The notes below the pieces were generated by a model. That model had not been told where the DNA came from. It searched no databases and saw only the letters and a program-made list of their open reading frames with translations. Position numbers and translations under genes: made by a program. 64,000 bases of DNA, from assembly GCA_002269645.1 (NCBI GenBank), contig NIVC01002153.1:1-64000 (forward strand). Direction: 5' to 3'. The DNA comes from Macrostomum lignano. Lineage: Eukaryota. Shown in pieces: positions 27,323 through 39,333 of this stretch (its first letter is position 1; the number at the start of each line of letters is the position of its first letter).

Positions 27323-28060
27323 CTGACTTCGACGCCCCTCTAGCACTGATTTGATGCCTCTGTCAGTGACTTCGACGCCCCTGGCACTGATTTGATGCCT
27401 CTGTCAGTGACTTTGACGCCTCTAGGACTGATTTGATGCCTCTGTCAGTGACTTTGACGCCCCTATCACTGATTTGATGCCTCTGCCAGTGACTTTGACG
27501 CCCCTAGCACTGATTTGATGCCTCTGTCAGTGACTTTGACGCTCTATCACTGATTTGATGCCTCTGTCAGTGACTTCGACGCCCCTGGCACTGATTTGAT
27601 GCCTCTGTCAGTGACTTTGACGCCTCTAGGACTGATTTGATGCCTCTGTCAGTGACTTTGACACCCCTATCACTGATTTGATGCCTCTGTCAGTGACTTT
27701 GACGCCCCTAGCACTGATTTGATGCCTCTGTCAGTGACTTTGACGCTCTATCACTGATTTGATGCCTCTGTCAGTGACTTCGACGCCCCTGGCACTGATT
27801 TGATGCCTCTGTCAGTGACTTTGACGCCTCTAGGACTGATTTGATGCCTCTGTCAGTGACTTTGACACCCCTATCACTGATTTGATGCCTCTGTCAGTGA
27901 CTTTGACGCCCCTAGCACTGATTTGATGCCTCTGTCAGTGACTTTGACGCTCTATCACTGATTTGATGCCTCTGTCAGTGACTTCGACGCCCCTAGCACT
28001 GATTTGATGCCTCTGTCAGTGACTTTGACGCCCCTAGCACTGATTTGATGCCTCTGTCTG
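27323..28060. repeat. About 41-bp minisatellite with a 5-mer higher-order structure
   Basis: Constant CACTGATTTGATGCCTCTGTCAGTGACTT plus a variable GACGC.. linker, cycling A-B-C-D-E three times. Confidence 0.95.
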
Positions 28061-28925
28061 TGACTTCAACGTCGCAGGCGAATTGAGATTGGTGCCTCCG
28101 TCACTCATTACGCAATTCGCTGTAAAAAAGTGAAAAACAGCTTTTACATCAGTGTTGCTGCAGGCATTTGAAAAAAAATAGACGCAGCCGATAAAAAAAA
28201 CGCAGGCAGTACTAAAAATTATAATGAAGCTCAGAACTACTCTATTGTACATTCATGCCTGTGCCCTGCCTACGTGGGTGTGCTCTGTGTTTTTGCATAT
28301 GTACACGGCACCGTGTAAAGCAACAATTTTCTTAACAAATCCGAAGCCTGCTGTCCTTAATTTTTAGATGCGAACTGCTAGTACATTACATGTTAGATGC
28401 CAGTCAGTAGCTAATACAAGTATTAAGAAGCTGTTCTCGAGTTGCACAACTGCAGGCTATACCCTTGTCTGTTGAGCAAATAATGATGAACGACATCAAG
28501 GAGTTCGAGGAACAAATTTACATTGCACTATTAGTAGAATACAGAGAAATGATCTAGGCCCTGAAACATCCTAGCACTGTGCCCTGGACATACAACTATA
28601 CTGTATAAATGCACACAAGTGACTAGCAGCCCTAGGATGATTAACAACAAGATACATTAGCAACGAAACATGTTCTTATATCTAATGCATAATAGAAAAT
28701 CACGACGATGCTGAGCAATACGATAGTAAAAAGGCTGAGAGTACATCAGTACATTTTATTCCAAAATCAACACGGCTACCAGCCAACCAGCAGATGTCAT
28801 AAATGGTCACATGCAAAAATTTATGTTTTTCCTCTTTAATCAGCAGCGGCCAGCGAGTGCACAAAAATTGGCCGATGGATATTGGCTAACAGACAAACTA
28901 GGATACGCAACTTATCCTGCACTTA

Positions 28926-29419
28926 TTGGGTTGTCCAGAAAGTTCTGTCCAATTTTTTCACATGGTCTAACTTCGTTATACTAAAACTTTCTTATCTATT
29001 ATCCATTGTTGTTCATATTTGCCTATTAGCAATGCATGTTACTCACCTTTCTACCACCACCTGCATCTAACTGAAAGTTGCTTCTTTCCAGCAAAGAATG
29101 GCACATGATAAGGAGCACCTTTTGCACTGCTTGCTCTATCTATCTATTCCGCGCCATTGACCGGCATCTGCAAGGCAAGAGCTTCGACAACAAACTGGCC
29201 CTCATCTCGGAGATCGGCAACTTTTTCGACTCTCGGCCAGAGCAGTTCTACAGGGACGGCGTTGGTTCCCTGCCACACCACACCGCTGGCGACAGGTGGT
29301 GGACCGTGGACACCGATGTCGCATACATTACCGACTGAAACCAGGTTATTCATGAAAAATAGTCGAACGAACATTTGTATAAAAAAATGGACAGAACTTT
29401 CTAGACATTGGACAACCTA
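28926..29419 (+). mobile_element. Internally deleted mariner (Tc1/mariner) element nested in the hAT-like element
   Basis: TA-flanked TIRs TTGGGTTGTCCAGAAAGTTCTGTCC / GGACAGAACTTTCTAGACATTGGACAACCTA. The internal frame YLFRAIDRHLQGKSFDNKLALISEIGNFFDSRPEQFYRDGVGSLP resembles the mariner transposase C-terminus. Confidence 0.85.
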
Positions 29420-29711
29420 TACATATAAGAGCGACAGTGAGTACGTATACGTGCAATATGTGTATCTCGATCGATGACCGATGCAAACATACATGGAAAC
29501 AGCACGACAACAACAATGCAACAACTTGAAGAATAAATGTAAAAATTCATGTCATCTGTTACTCTTTCAGTTCTCACTATCTCTACCCTCTCAGTCACTC
29601 AAAGAGCAAGATTGCGAGCATAGCTGTTCGTAATAAAATGCATGTAAAATAAAACTGATGCCTAGATCATACCTGGATGCATCTTTGTTGCAAACCCTGT
29701 ATCCCCATATG

Positions 29712-29929
29712 CAGTGTTTGGCAAAGTTCATTTTTGGAAAAGTTCAATTCATTTTTAAAATGATATTGAAAGAATAGCAGAATGAGATCTTTTTTAACTG
29801 TTTGGCAGTAGAATGAGGTAAAGAAATGGTTGTTACTCGAGCATGACTGACCAAGTAGGAAATGCCCTTGCATAAAGTTCAAAAGTTCGTTGTACGAAAG
29901 TTCCTTTTTCGTGAACTTGCCCAACACTG
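29712..29929. mobile_element. 218-bp hAT-type MITE nested in the hAT-like element
   Basis: TIRs CAGTGTTTGGCAAAGTTCA / TGAACTTGCCCAACACTG with repeated AAGTTC subterminal motifs; TSD degraded (CCCATATG vs CCTATCTA). Confidence 0.7.
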
Positions 29930-29986
29930 CCTATCTATTTATGTCTATGTAAGCCCAAAAATCATTGTTACCAAAAGTTACCGGCG

Positions 29987-30319
29987 TCACTTTTTGAAAT
30001 AACTGGCGATGGTAGACTCGGTCGCCTTCTCCTCCAACTTTCTCTTTTTCTCTTTGAGGCCCTCAGTCTCCTTCTCCAGTGTCTTGCGCTCAATCGCTAG
30101 GGCAGCTACCTGTCGCTGATATTCGTCAAGCATTGCGGCAGCTCTGTCCGCTTGCGCATCTACCTCCAGTCTCCTCTTCCGTATGCTCTCCTCCTTTGCC
30201 TGCAACTGTGCAGAGTGTGTTGCCTTCTTAATTTCCTGTGCAATTTCTACTGCCAACTCTCTCTCCTTTGCCAACTTCTTCTGCTTCTCCTCATTCTCCT
30301 CCCGCTGCCGCTCCAGGTG
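29987..30319 (-). pseudogene. Orphan terminal exon encoding a charged coiled coil (possible transposase C-terminal remnant) inside the hAT-like element
   Basis: Acceptor TTACAG|CACCTG; 110 codons of coiled coil ending ESTIASYFKK*; no upstream exon within the element. Confidence 0.45.
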
Positions 30320-30944
30320 CTGTAAACAGCTAGCAAGTAAAAACGCAGAATGAAAAAAAACGCAGAAAAAAACGCACGAACGCAGATTTTTCAAAGAAAA
30401 AACGCAGCTGCGTTAAAAACGCAGCCTGTAGCAACACTGTTTTACATCTTTTTAAAGCTTTTATAGTTTTCAAAAAAAAACTTCCAACATTGCACCAAAC
30501 AGCAAATTATATATAGTTAATGCTGGGGCACCAGAAACTTTACCAAATAAATAGTTTATTTTAATAAAAAAAAACTGCAAATAGAATTGTACTGTTGCGC
30601 TTATAAACAGTCTAGTATGCATCTACTATATTCTGTGCGTGTAAAAGTAAGCCTATATTAATGTATTGTACTTTGCAATTCTAAAAATAGCATTAATTAA
30701 CAGTTTTAAAAATCTTATTAAAACGCGAAGGCACAATGGCCGCAAATATTTAGATAATATTATAGATTAGTTAAATATCTAATTAGAGAGAATGATGAAA
30801 TCTATTGAATTTTTAATTAAAAACGGTTGAATTAAATTGTGTCAATAAACGCTCTTGAACCTACTGCAAGTATAATAGAAGCGTACTTTTCAATAAATAA
30901 ATATGAAATGTTTTTGTCAGTCTGTTTGTCAGTAGATTAGCTGT

Positions 30945-31116
30945 TTGGGTCAACTCGCCCACCCGCGCTTTGAGCCGGGTCCAATCCCAATGCATTCCAT
31001 GGGGTATCTCGGGCCCTGGACAGTTAATGCCTTGGCCCCTGGTAGTGCCCCTCAGCGGCAGAGCCCACCCAGGGCTGATCCGCGGGTAGCCAAGCTTCCC
31101 ACCCCCGTTTAACAAC
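30945..31116 (+). mobile_element. 5'-truncated non-LTR retroposon copy (172 bp) with (AAC)n tail
   Basis: 11-bp TSD AGATTAGCTGT (30934-30944, 31117-31127). The 3' end GCCCCTGGTAGTGCCCCTCAGCGGCAGAGCCC..CTTCCCACCCCCGTTTAACAAC is shared with the copy at 32930-33836. Confidence 0.8.
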
Positions 31117-31974
31117 AGATTAGCTGTGTTTAGTGCATTCAATTCACAAAGCAATGTATATACGAGGTTGGGCCATAGACAATACGCAGTCTCTTGACTG
31201 AGAAACAACCCATCTTGCATAGAGAACTTTGCGTGTTGTCTATGGCCCAACCTACCCTCATTCTATTGTTTAACTTGACAGACAATAGAGACAACTATTC
31301 ATTACATTCATTAGTTAATATTTGCAAAACAGAGAACTACTAACCAAATAAACACAGGTAAAGCCGATTCGACTGTCGTTGAAAGTACAAAATAATCAAT
31401 CAAGAGACACATCAATCAATCAACGCTAAGTACTTGCTACTTTCACTTCTTACGAGTACAATACATCAACGCTCATAGTAAACATATACTCGTATATATA
31501 CGCTCGTACAATCTGTTTTATACACAGAATAAAAAGAGGAAAAACTGTATAAAAAACAATTCGATCGATCAAAATAATACGAATCAAATATGAAGAGCCC
31601 ACAGGCGAAGAGATTTACCGTTTTTTTTCTAAAGAGGAATACAGCGAGGCAAAACTTGATGAAAGTTACAAACACAGCATTACAAATATATATACGAGTA
31701 TATATATATATAGAGAGAGATCCAAACATCTAAATAAAATCATAAATGAGATTTTCAAGACAGAAATACAGTTCGAATAAATGTAGAATACACAGACAGT
31801 GAAAGATGACTTACAACTTAAGTATGTGTTTTTTTTTTCTATAAAGCTTTGAGATAGACTTTCTATCACCACAAAGATTTCACGCTAATAGCTTTCAATT
31901 CGATCCGGCCGGCCGGCTGGCGAGGGCCCCAGCCAAGGTAAGTTGCAAAAATGCCCACCCAAAATAGACGTACT

Positions 31975-32040
31975 ACTAATTAGGTGACGAGGCATTTAGC
32001 TTTAACAATACAGTTAATGTTACTTCCGCCGTTTACCCGC
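31975..32040 (-). other. Degenerate 66-nt fragment of eukaryotic 28S rRNA (helix 69-71 region)
   Basis: Minus strand GCGGGTAAACGGCGGAAGTAACATTAACTGTATTGTTAAAGCTAAATGCCTCGTCACCTAATTAGT vs recalled 28S GCGGGTAAACGGCGGGAGTAACTATGACTCTCTTAAGGTAGCCAAATGCCTCGTCATCTAATTAGT: 53/66 ungapped by hand count. Confidence 0.75.
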
Positions 32041-32269
32041 CGAGTACACTAGGGGGATTGCGGATGTATGTTTACAAGTACATATTATAGCTTGGTGTAT
32101 AAATTCTCGCGTCATGGACAACCGAAGCACAAGGACGCTATACACGATTTTCTTACGAAATAATCTAACCATTTTGTAGCTCATTTCTAATAAAATCAAA
32201 TGTATCAGTTTAAACAGTCGCGTGCAATTAAAACCAACCAGAGGTTAAAGAGGCAGCAAATGTAAGACT

Positions 32270-35200
32270 TTAGACAATCACAGCCAATTGCTGCTGCTCT
32301 GCTTTCACTCGATCTCTAGCAGCATTCAAGTCCGCTTCCGTAGCCGACTGTATCAAGAATGTTCGATTGAAGGAGCGCCATCGGCGACACAAACCAAAAT
32401 AAGTTCTACACTGAACGTACATGAACACCAATCCGCCAGTGAAGCCAATGGCTACAACGACTAGTTTAGTCCAGAACGACCATTCCAACTTGCCGGAGCC
32501 AACTTCCATAGCGGTTTTCTCAATCAGCACGTACAGTGACCAGACTACGCAGGTCAGTGCGATGACGTGGAAAGCCACGCTGCAGATCACTTTCCGACGC
32601 TCCATTGGTGTCATGTCCAGTTTGCGCCACTGAGGAAATTGAAAAGCGGAAAAATATGCTGTTAAACTACTTGTCTTAAATTAAGTAGTACATTTTATTA
32701 TTCGACATCTCTATAATTTCATCTAGTATGACAGAAAGTAAAATTCATGTAATTTTTTAGGCTAAATTCCTGAAAAAATCATTTCATCATCACAAAAGCA
32801 ATGATTGCATTTGATCTTGGGCAGTGAACAATAAGAAAAATGATATTGATAAACATTGCCTACATATTATTTTGTTATTTAGACAGATCTAGGAATAGCT
32901 ACTAATATGCGTTTAAATGGAACTATACTCTCTGGCGGCATTTCTGCAGTGTAGCTAGAACGGGACTTGAGTCTCCCGGTCGCACCCGCCCTGCAGGAAA
33001 GAAAATGACCATTCACAAAGGTGTACGGTAGAGCCCAGTAGCATGCCAGCCCTGAGGCTGAGCCCCGAGTTTAGGGTTCAGGTGCTCCTGCCTTTGTTTT
33101 TTATCCCCTTTGTGTTTTATCATATCTTTGTGCTTTTATTAATGTAAGGCCTTTGAATGCCGTTCCAAAATTCTGGAGTTATGAGCTCTTCCCTCCCTGC
33201 CCGGTCCATCTTGCTCCCTCGGTCCATCTGCTGGCTCCTCTGGAAGTTCCCTGCCCTTGTGTCTTGGCTCTCATCCTGACAGTGGATTGGAGGGAGTTCT
33301 GGGGTTGATGTTCGTCCCGAATCGGGGATACCGGCTGAGTCCGGGTCCTCTTGCTCCTTTTGCCCCTTCTCGACCTCTTGGCCTGGCCTCCAATAGGTAG
33401 GTGATACCCTTGGGCTTGCAGCCCTGTAGGTAGTCATAGGTCCTGCCTGACAGGAGACTCGCCCTCGGAAACAAGCCTTCCAGACTCACTCCAAAATTAA
33501 GCCATTCCCGAGACTTCAGGGTTTCCCCGCTCTCGGACCGCTTTCAGTAGTATCCTAAACATTTTTTCCAATTCTTTTTTCGCTCACTCCCGGGACTTGT
33601 CTGCTGGGTGATGGCTTGGGTGGACTCGGTCTTAGCACCGTCCCTGATTCCACTGTTGGGTTGGCGGTGTCTTAGTCGATAGGTTTGGGTTGGCAGCTCC
33701 CCCTGGCCTCGACGTCAGGGCCCAATCTCGGGGTATCTCGGGCTATATGCCCCTGGTAGTGCCCCTCAGCGGCAGAGCCCCTCCCAGGGCTGATCCGCGA
33801 GTAGCCCCCGGCTTCCCACCCCCGTTTAACAACAACAAATGAAACTATACCTACAATAATGGCTTGAGAATACCTGCATGCAACTTTTTAGACAGAAATA
33901 AATACGTTGCACTTATTATTTTTCCTATCTCCGCAGTGTATTTTTTCCAGGAAATCGGCCTCCTAAAAACTACACGATTTCTGAACGTAACGACATGATA
34001 TACTGCGAGTGGTCCTTATGTAAAAGATTACAATCATCAAAATATTAAGCTACTTATCAGTTAAGTAGTATAGAATAATATTATCTGCACCAGTATTTAC
34101 AGGACTGCTAGGATTTTAAAAATCCCACGATATGTTTTGAATTGGGCGTTGGCTCAGATTTAGAAATAGAATTCGAAAATGACTCTATAGAAATTCACAA
34201 AGCCAATTTATTGATTGTCAATACCGGGTATAGATGCGTTTTAATCCCAACCCTATCTACCTTTATATCCTCAATCGATGGGAAGAGAATTCATCAAATG
34301 GCGAGAATCGTGTCATTTAGCTTTAGAAATCCGCCCCATTCAACCGTGTGGTAAACAGGGCGAGACTGGCGGCTATGGTTAAAAGTACACACGCACTGAG
34401 CAGTCTCACTGTTAGCTAGCAAGCAAAAAGAAGTCACGAGACTCATCACACAGGAGTGACACAAAGTGCTTCCTTAGCTATCGGTGGAAAATTAATTACA
34501 AAGCAGTGACGAACTGAGAAGTCACGCCCTGCAGATCAATGCGAAAGGCAAAGCGGAATTTTTGCTTCCTTGCTTTCCTGGATTTTTAAAGTACCAACTC
34601 CTAATTATTACTTATTAATTACCAGCTAGATGAGCTGTCAAAGGTTCACAGTAATAATTAATAAGTACTTAGGTGTTCAAAGCAGACAACTGCATTTCTT
34701 AAAAGTGAACTGCAGAAGTGTACATTCACCATCTCCTTTTCTCAGTGTGACCTACTGAAAGCCGAGGACTTAGCATTATCCAGAACAGTTAGTCTATGGC
34801 ACAACCTATGAGACACTAATCAGTCTCTATGCAAGACTTGCGCAAGTGTTACAGGACACAGTTGCAACCGTTTTTTGAATGATATTTACGGCCAATATAC
34901 TTGACGCTATGTAGACGCTTAACTGAACTTGTTGTTGTCAGTGATTGTCGTATTGTCAGTGAATTTAGCTGGTAGTTTCGTCATACACAAGTTCGTTATA
35001 GAAAAAATTCGATTTCTTAACAGCATCCTGGGATCCTGAATGCACCACAGATACGAAATATGCACGTCACTTACGGAAATGAGAGGGAATAGAAATTTAG
35101 ACATGGAAACAAGGCAATTATTTGAACAAGCAAACTAGTCAATCGAATAATAAACAAACTAATCCTTCAAATAAACCAACTAATCAATCGAACAAACAAA

Positions 35201-36160
35201 CGAATCAATCTAATGGACAAACTAATTAAATAAATAAACAAACTAATCGATCAATTACACAAGGTAATCAATCAAATAAACAAACCATTCAACCAAAAAC
35301 AAGTAATCAATCAAATAAACAAAGTAATCAATAAAAAAACCAACTAATCAAATGAACCAACTAATAAAACAGATGTAGATTGATAACAGGTATGAATATT
35401 ATAACAAAGAAACCATATTTACAATATTAAATAAGCATAACACAAAGCAGAGAATTCTTACCTCACTTATAGGCTTAGTACTAACGCTCATAATGAATCC
35501 AAAGTGGCATAATTCGCACATTTTAATATCCTGAGATTTCACCCAGTACTGCAGACAGTCGCGGTGCACATACTTCAGTGTGCCGGAGCACAGGCAAGGC
35601 GATATCAACGGATTAGCGGCTGCAGTCTGACAGTCACTGTTATTGTCAGAAGCTGGCGCCATTGCTTCTGTCTCAGACGAATGACAAATTCGACAGATAA
35701 GTTCGTTACTATCTGCGGCTGAATCTGTTGCGGCTGGTGAAGCTGATGGCATTGGCACAGCGCCGGCGCACAGAGTCAACGGCGTCAAGACAACTCCACA
35801 GTCGTCAATTGAGCGACCATAATTTGCTGCAGACATTGCAGCCGCGGTAGCATCCAAATCTGACGTGCTGGTAGCCGCCTGCTGGCTAGTGGGCAACACC
35901 GTGGACGTTGCCCGTTCTTCAGTGGTAGCAAAATTAGCTGCTTGATGATGATGCTGTTGCTGGTCAGTCAGAGATGCTGGCTGGTCAGCCTCATGATAGC
36001 TGTGCCTACGCCAATGACAGTTCTGATGCTGCAATGTGGCATCACTGACACTGATGCTGCCATCCCTGGCAACAGGCAATGGCTGTGTATCATCGCTACT
36101 AGTAGAGCCTGGCAGTGTTTTACAGCTTAAAGCATTTCTCAATACAGCTTTTGCCTGCAT
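32270..36160 (-). CDS. MARCHF8: MARCH1/8-like RING-CH membrane E3 ubiquitin ligase, about 352 aa, 2 coding exons
   Basis: Exon 36160-35462 ([34 protein letters not shown]; donor GAG|GTAAGA) joins exon 32629-32270 ([58 protein letters not shown], two TM helices typical of MARCH1/8). The start codon is not certain. Confidence 0.9.
32930..33836 (+). mobile_element. About 0.9-kb copy of the (AAC)n-tailed retroposon in the MARCH intron
   Basis: 14-bp TSD with one mismatch, AAATGGAACTATAC (32916-32929) / AAATGAAACTATAC (33837-33850). The 3' end matches the 30945-31116 copy. Confidence 0.75.
35130..35370. repeat. Degenerate A-rich repeat of about 23 bp in the MARCH intron
   Basis: Recurring AACAAACTAATCAATC(G/A)AATAA. 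Confidence 0.7.
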
Positions 36161-36553
36161 TGCTTAATGCTTAGCCTTGTAGCAGAAACATGAAAATAAA
36201 AGTGAAATAATAAATTAATGACAATAAATGCAGAATAATTTATGGAGATCCTTAATAGGCAATTCATTAAAACAAAAGCAACTAGATAACATTGGCACCA
36301 ATGCATTATCTCTATTCTATGTATGATAAGTTCTAAGTTCCAAAAGTATAAGAGGGTAGACCTATCAAACTTTCCTAAAAATATGACCTACAATACAGAT
36401 TAAACTCAATATTCAAGCTACTTTTGGAGAAAATGAGCCCATTTTATAATATTAATCATTTATTTTTTAGTAAAAAAAATTTGAATGAATTATCTATCTT
36501 AGTATTTTTATTTACTCTAATTTCCTTTTTTAAAGAGTTTTGCCAAAGTGGAC

Positions 36554-37229
36554 AATATAGCTTTTTGGAGCCAATTTGGGCTTATATGCATTGAATTTAA
36601 TCCAAGATACATTTGCCTATGTAACGGAGCTTTTGTCTATGGTAGCAAGGCTGGCACAATGGCATTCAATTTGGTCCAAACACTCATGAGCCATTTAGCA
36701 AACTCTTGCCTTCTTGCAACTATATGTAGGCTGTTGGGTACTGCTAGAATATTAGCATCTCTACCAAAAATTTTCAGTCACTTTTTTTCAGAGCTCTCCT
36801 AATAGATGAAATCTGATGACCAAATGGAACTATCCTTCAAATTTTGCTACATTTTCTGCAACTTCAACAAAGGGTTTGTCTCAATTGCATTTTAGTAGCA
36901 ATTGGACCTAAGCCTCTAGCAACTTGCCTTGGCAATAGCTACCCTTTTGCAAGCAATCTCTGCCAGCAGTGGTTTCTTTGTCCTTTTGAATATTTATATA
37001 GTTTGACATTAAGCTAATGGTACTCTTTTGGCAGCCTATCATATGGTCTACAAATCTGGGGCTGATCTTGCTTTCTTGCAGCAATTGTAATTAACAGCTA
37101 TAGACCAAATTAAATGCCACTGTGCTAGCCTTGCTACTAGGCCTATAGACAAAAGCTCAATTACATAGGCAAACATCTTAAATTAAATTTAATGCATGTA
37201 AGCCCAAATGGACTGCAAAAAGCAATATT
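36554..37229. mobile_element. Foldback/MITE-like element with imperfect TIRs of about 125 bp
   Basis: 36554-36676 aligns to the reverse complement of 37103-37229 (shared TTTGGGCTTA, TTTGCCTATGTAA, GAGCTTTTGTCTAT, GTAGCAAGGCT, ATTTGGTC); no clear TSD. Confidence 0.7.
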
Positions 37230-39333
37230 ACAATAGGCCTATATGGCTTAACTAAAGCCAAAAATAAACAAAAATTTAATAAAAACAGGGCATAATTTAA
37301 TAAAAAATTATTACATAGGGCCTAGTATATCTATAAATTTAGGTAAACAAAATAAAAAACTAAGTTTTAACAATTTATTTTTGGAAATTGAATCCATGCA
37401 CTGTCTATAACCCCTTTATACATACACTAGCTAACTAGCTTTGGTTTACAATTATAAACATATATTGTTTCCATTTATATGATCATAAACCAAAATAGAT
37501 ATAGCCTATAAGCCTATAGGACACTAGACACAAGACACTAGATCTTCTATTCCATTCAGTTTCTCTAATGAACCAAATAGGCCTATAGAGATATGCTCAG
37601 TTTTTCAATTTTTGAAAAGGCCATTATTGCTAAAAAGAAAATTTACATGGGATTTTGACCCAAAATTTGGGTAGAAAATTGATCATAAACTGAAGAAATG
37701 CCATATGCCATTGCATTTATATGGCTAAAGATTTAAAAGGCATAAAATGCCCTTGAGTTGAGTCAAAGGTTAGAAGTTAAAAAAGGTTAAACTAATCATC
37801 ATAATCAAATCATTGGGCCTTGCCTTGGGGTATACACCATATATGTATATGTATAATAGTACTAGTGATACTAGTATGTAAATTCTAATAGTAATATTAA
37901 TTACTAAATAAAATTTGCATAATTTTTTCTGACAAAACTCAAAAGTCAAAACCAATATTAGGCCTAGGCATCAAAAAGTTTATGCATAGGCCTAGGCCTA
38001 TCTCTATTTAATTTTCTCTCCAAATTTTTACTTAATGACATGATAAAAATAAGAAGCAAACTACTAAACTACTAGCAGAGTGAATTTTTGAGTACTGAGT
38101 CTGAGAATGAGAATTATGAGATACAACAATACAATGCAAGGTTTCTATGAAATTCTATCTGTTGGTTAAAATGTATTTTTAATCTTAGCATCAGGCCAGC
38201 TGGCTAAACTATAAAGTATAATGACTATAAACTACTGACGTACTGTATGCTGAGTTTTTCGCTTCAAGGGTTTGATACGAACTAGATCACTGTTCATTGA
38301 ATGTATGATGATGATAGTAGTCTCAAATTCCAACTGATTCAGTAAAACATTCAGTAAAGCAAATGCGATTTAAAATTTTTAGTGTATATACTTCATTAAA
38401 AATACAAGAGGTAAAGTAGTAGAAATGTAGTTTAAATATTTATTGTTTTATTAATTAGCACTTTAACCTCCTGTTTTAACTATCGTATTTATGCTTTGTT
38501 TTAGTTAGTAGTTAATATTTTAAATCTACACACTTAATTCTAAATTCTGACTGAACAGGTTGAATACAGGCCTAAAAATAAGCAAGCCTATGTCACACAC
38601 TTTATAAGAATTTTTAAGTGTTCAACGGAGAATTCACGTCAAAACGGCCACACGCAAAACGTTCCGTCGTGAGGCCATTTTGACGTGCACCCTCAACAGA
38701 TAATGGTATGATCGTAAACATATTATGCCCCTTCTCGTCATAGCCTAAAGTATGAGTCTTCATGTTGTTGTGTTTATATTGAAATGGAGTTAAACTCTTC
38801 CTAAATTCTTCCCAAATCCGAAATCCGAAATTCATTTTCATGAGCGCATTAGGCCTACTGTCGTACTGATAGGGTAAGGGCCTAATATTTTGCTCTTCAT
38901 AATTTTTAAGCATAAGCAACATTTGTGTTTTAGAATGTAGGTAATAGGTTTGCTTGCCTAGCCGCCTAAAAACTAAATCTGATAGGCCTATTATTTATAT
39001 TTTTATAGCCTAATATTAAGAAGTAGGCCCCTAATAGCCTATTTCATATAATTAAAGAACAAAAACAAAATTTGTCCATTTTAGTTTAAATATCTAATCT
39101 TCTCTTTATATTATTTTGTAAAATGAAAATCAGTTTTGCATTAAAATTTAAATAGGGGGCCTAGTTGTTAAATTTTACAATTATAATACTTATATACAGG
39201 CCTAAACAATTATTGTAACAATTATTATTCATTGACATTGGTATCCAGTCAATCTGGTGACTGGACAATCTGGCAATCAGTCAAAACAGGCTAATAACAG
39301 CAATAGTCAATCTGGTGACAAGGTGTAATAAAA

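Larger units (their letters stand above)
28150..30439. mobile_element. 2290-bp non-autonomous hAT-like element with nested insertions
   Basis: TIRs CAGTGTTGCTGCAGGC / GCCTGTAGCAACACTG (15/16). Perfect 8-bp TSD TTTTACAT (28142-28149, 30440-30447). Clustered AAACGCAG subterminal repeats at both ends. Confidence 0.9.

Noticed and set aside
27323-28060. CRISPR-like array (palindromic constant repeat plus variable linker)
   Set aside because: Linkers are only about 10-12 nt, related to each other and cyclic; no cas genes; eukaryotic context
29667-29927. 86-aa ORF with apparent splice signals
   Set aside because: Coincides with the 218-bp MITE; non-coding composition
31975-32040. rRNA gene
   Set aside because: Only 66 nt, non-compensatory changes in helix 69, flanks unrelated to rDNA
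33120-33489. Minus-strand ORFs as ORF1 of a retroelement
   Set aside because: The TSD and tail polarity put the element on the plus strand; no gag, RT or EN motifs
38614-38922. 102-aa minus-strand ORF
   Set aside because: No recognisable motif or convincing splice context; starts at a non-ATG codon
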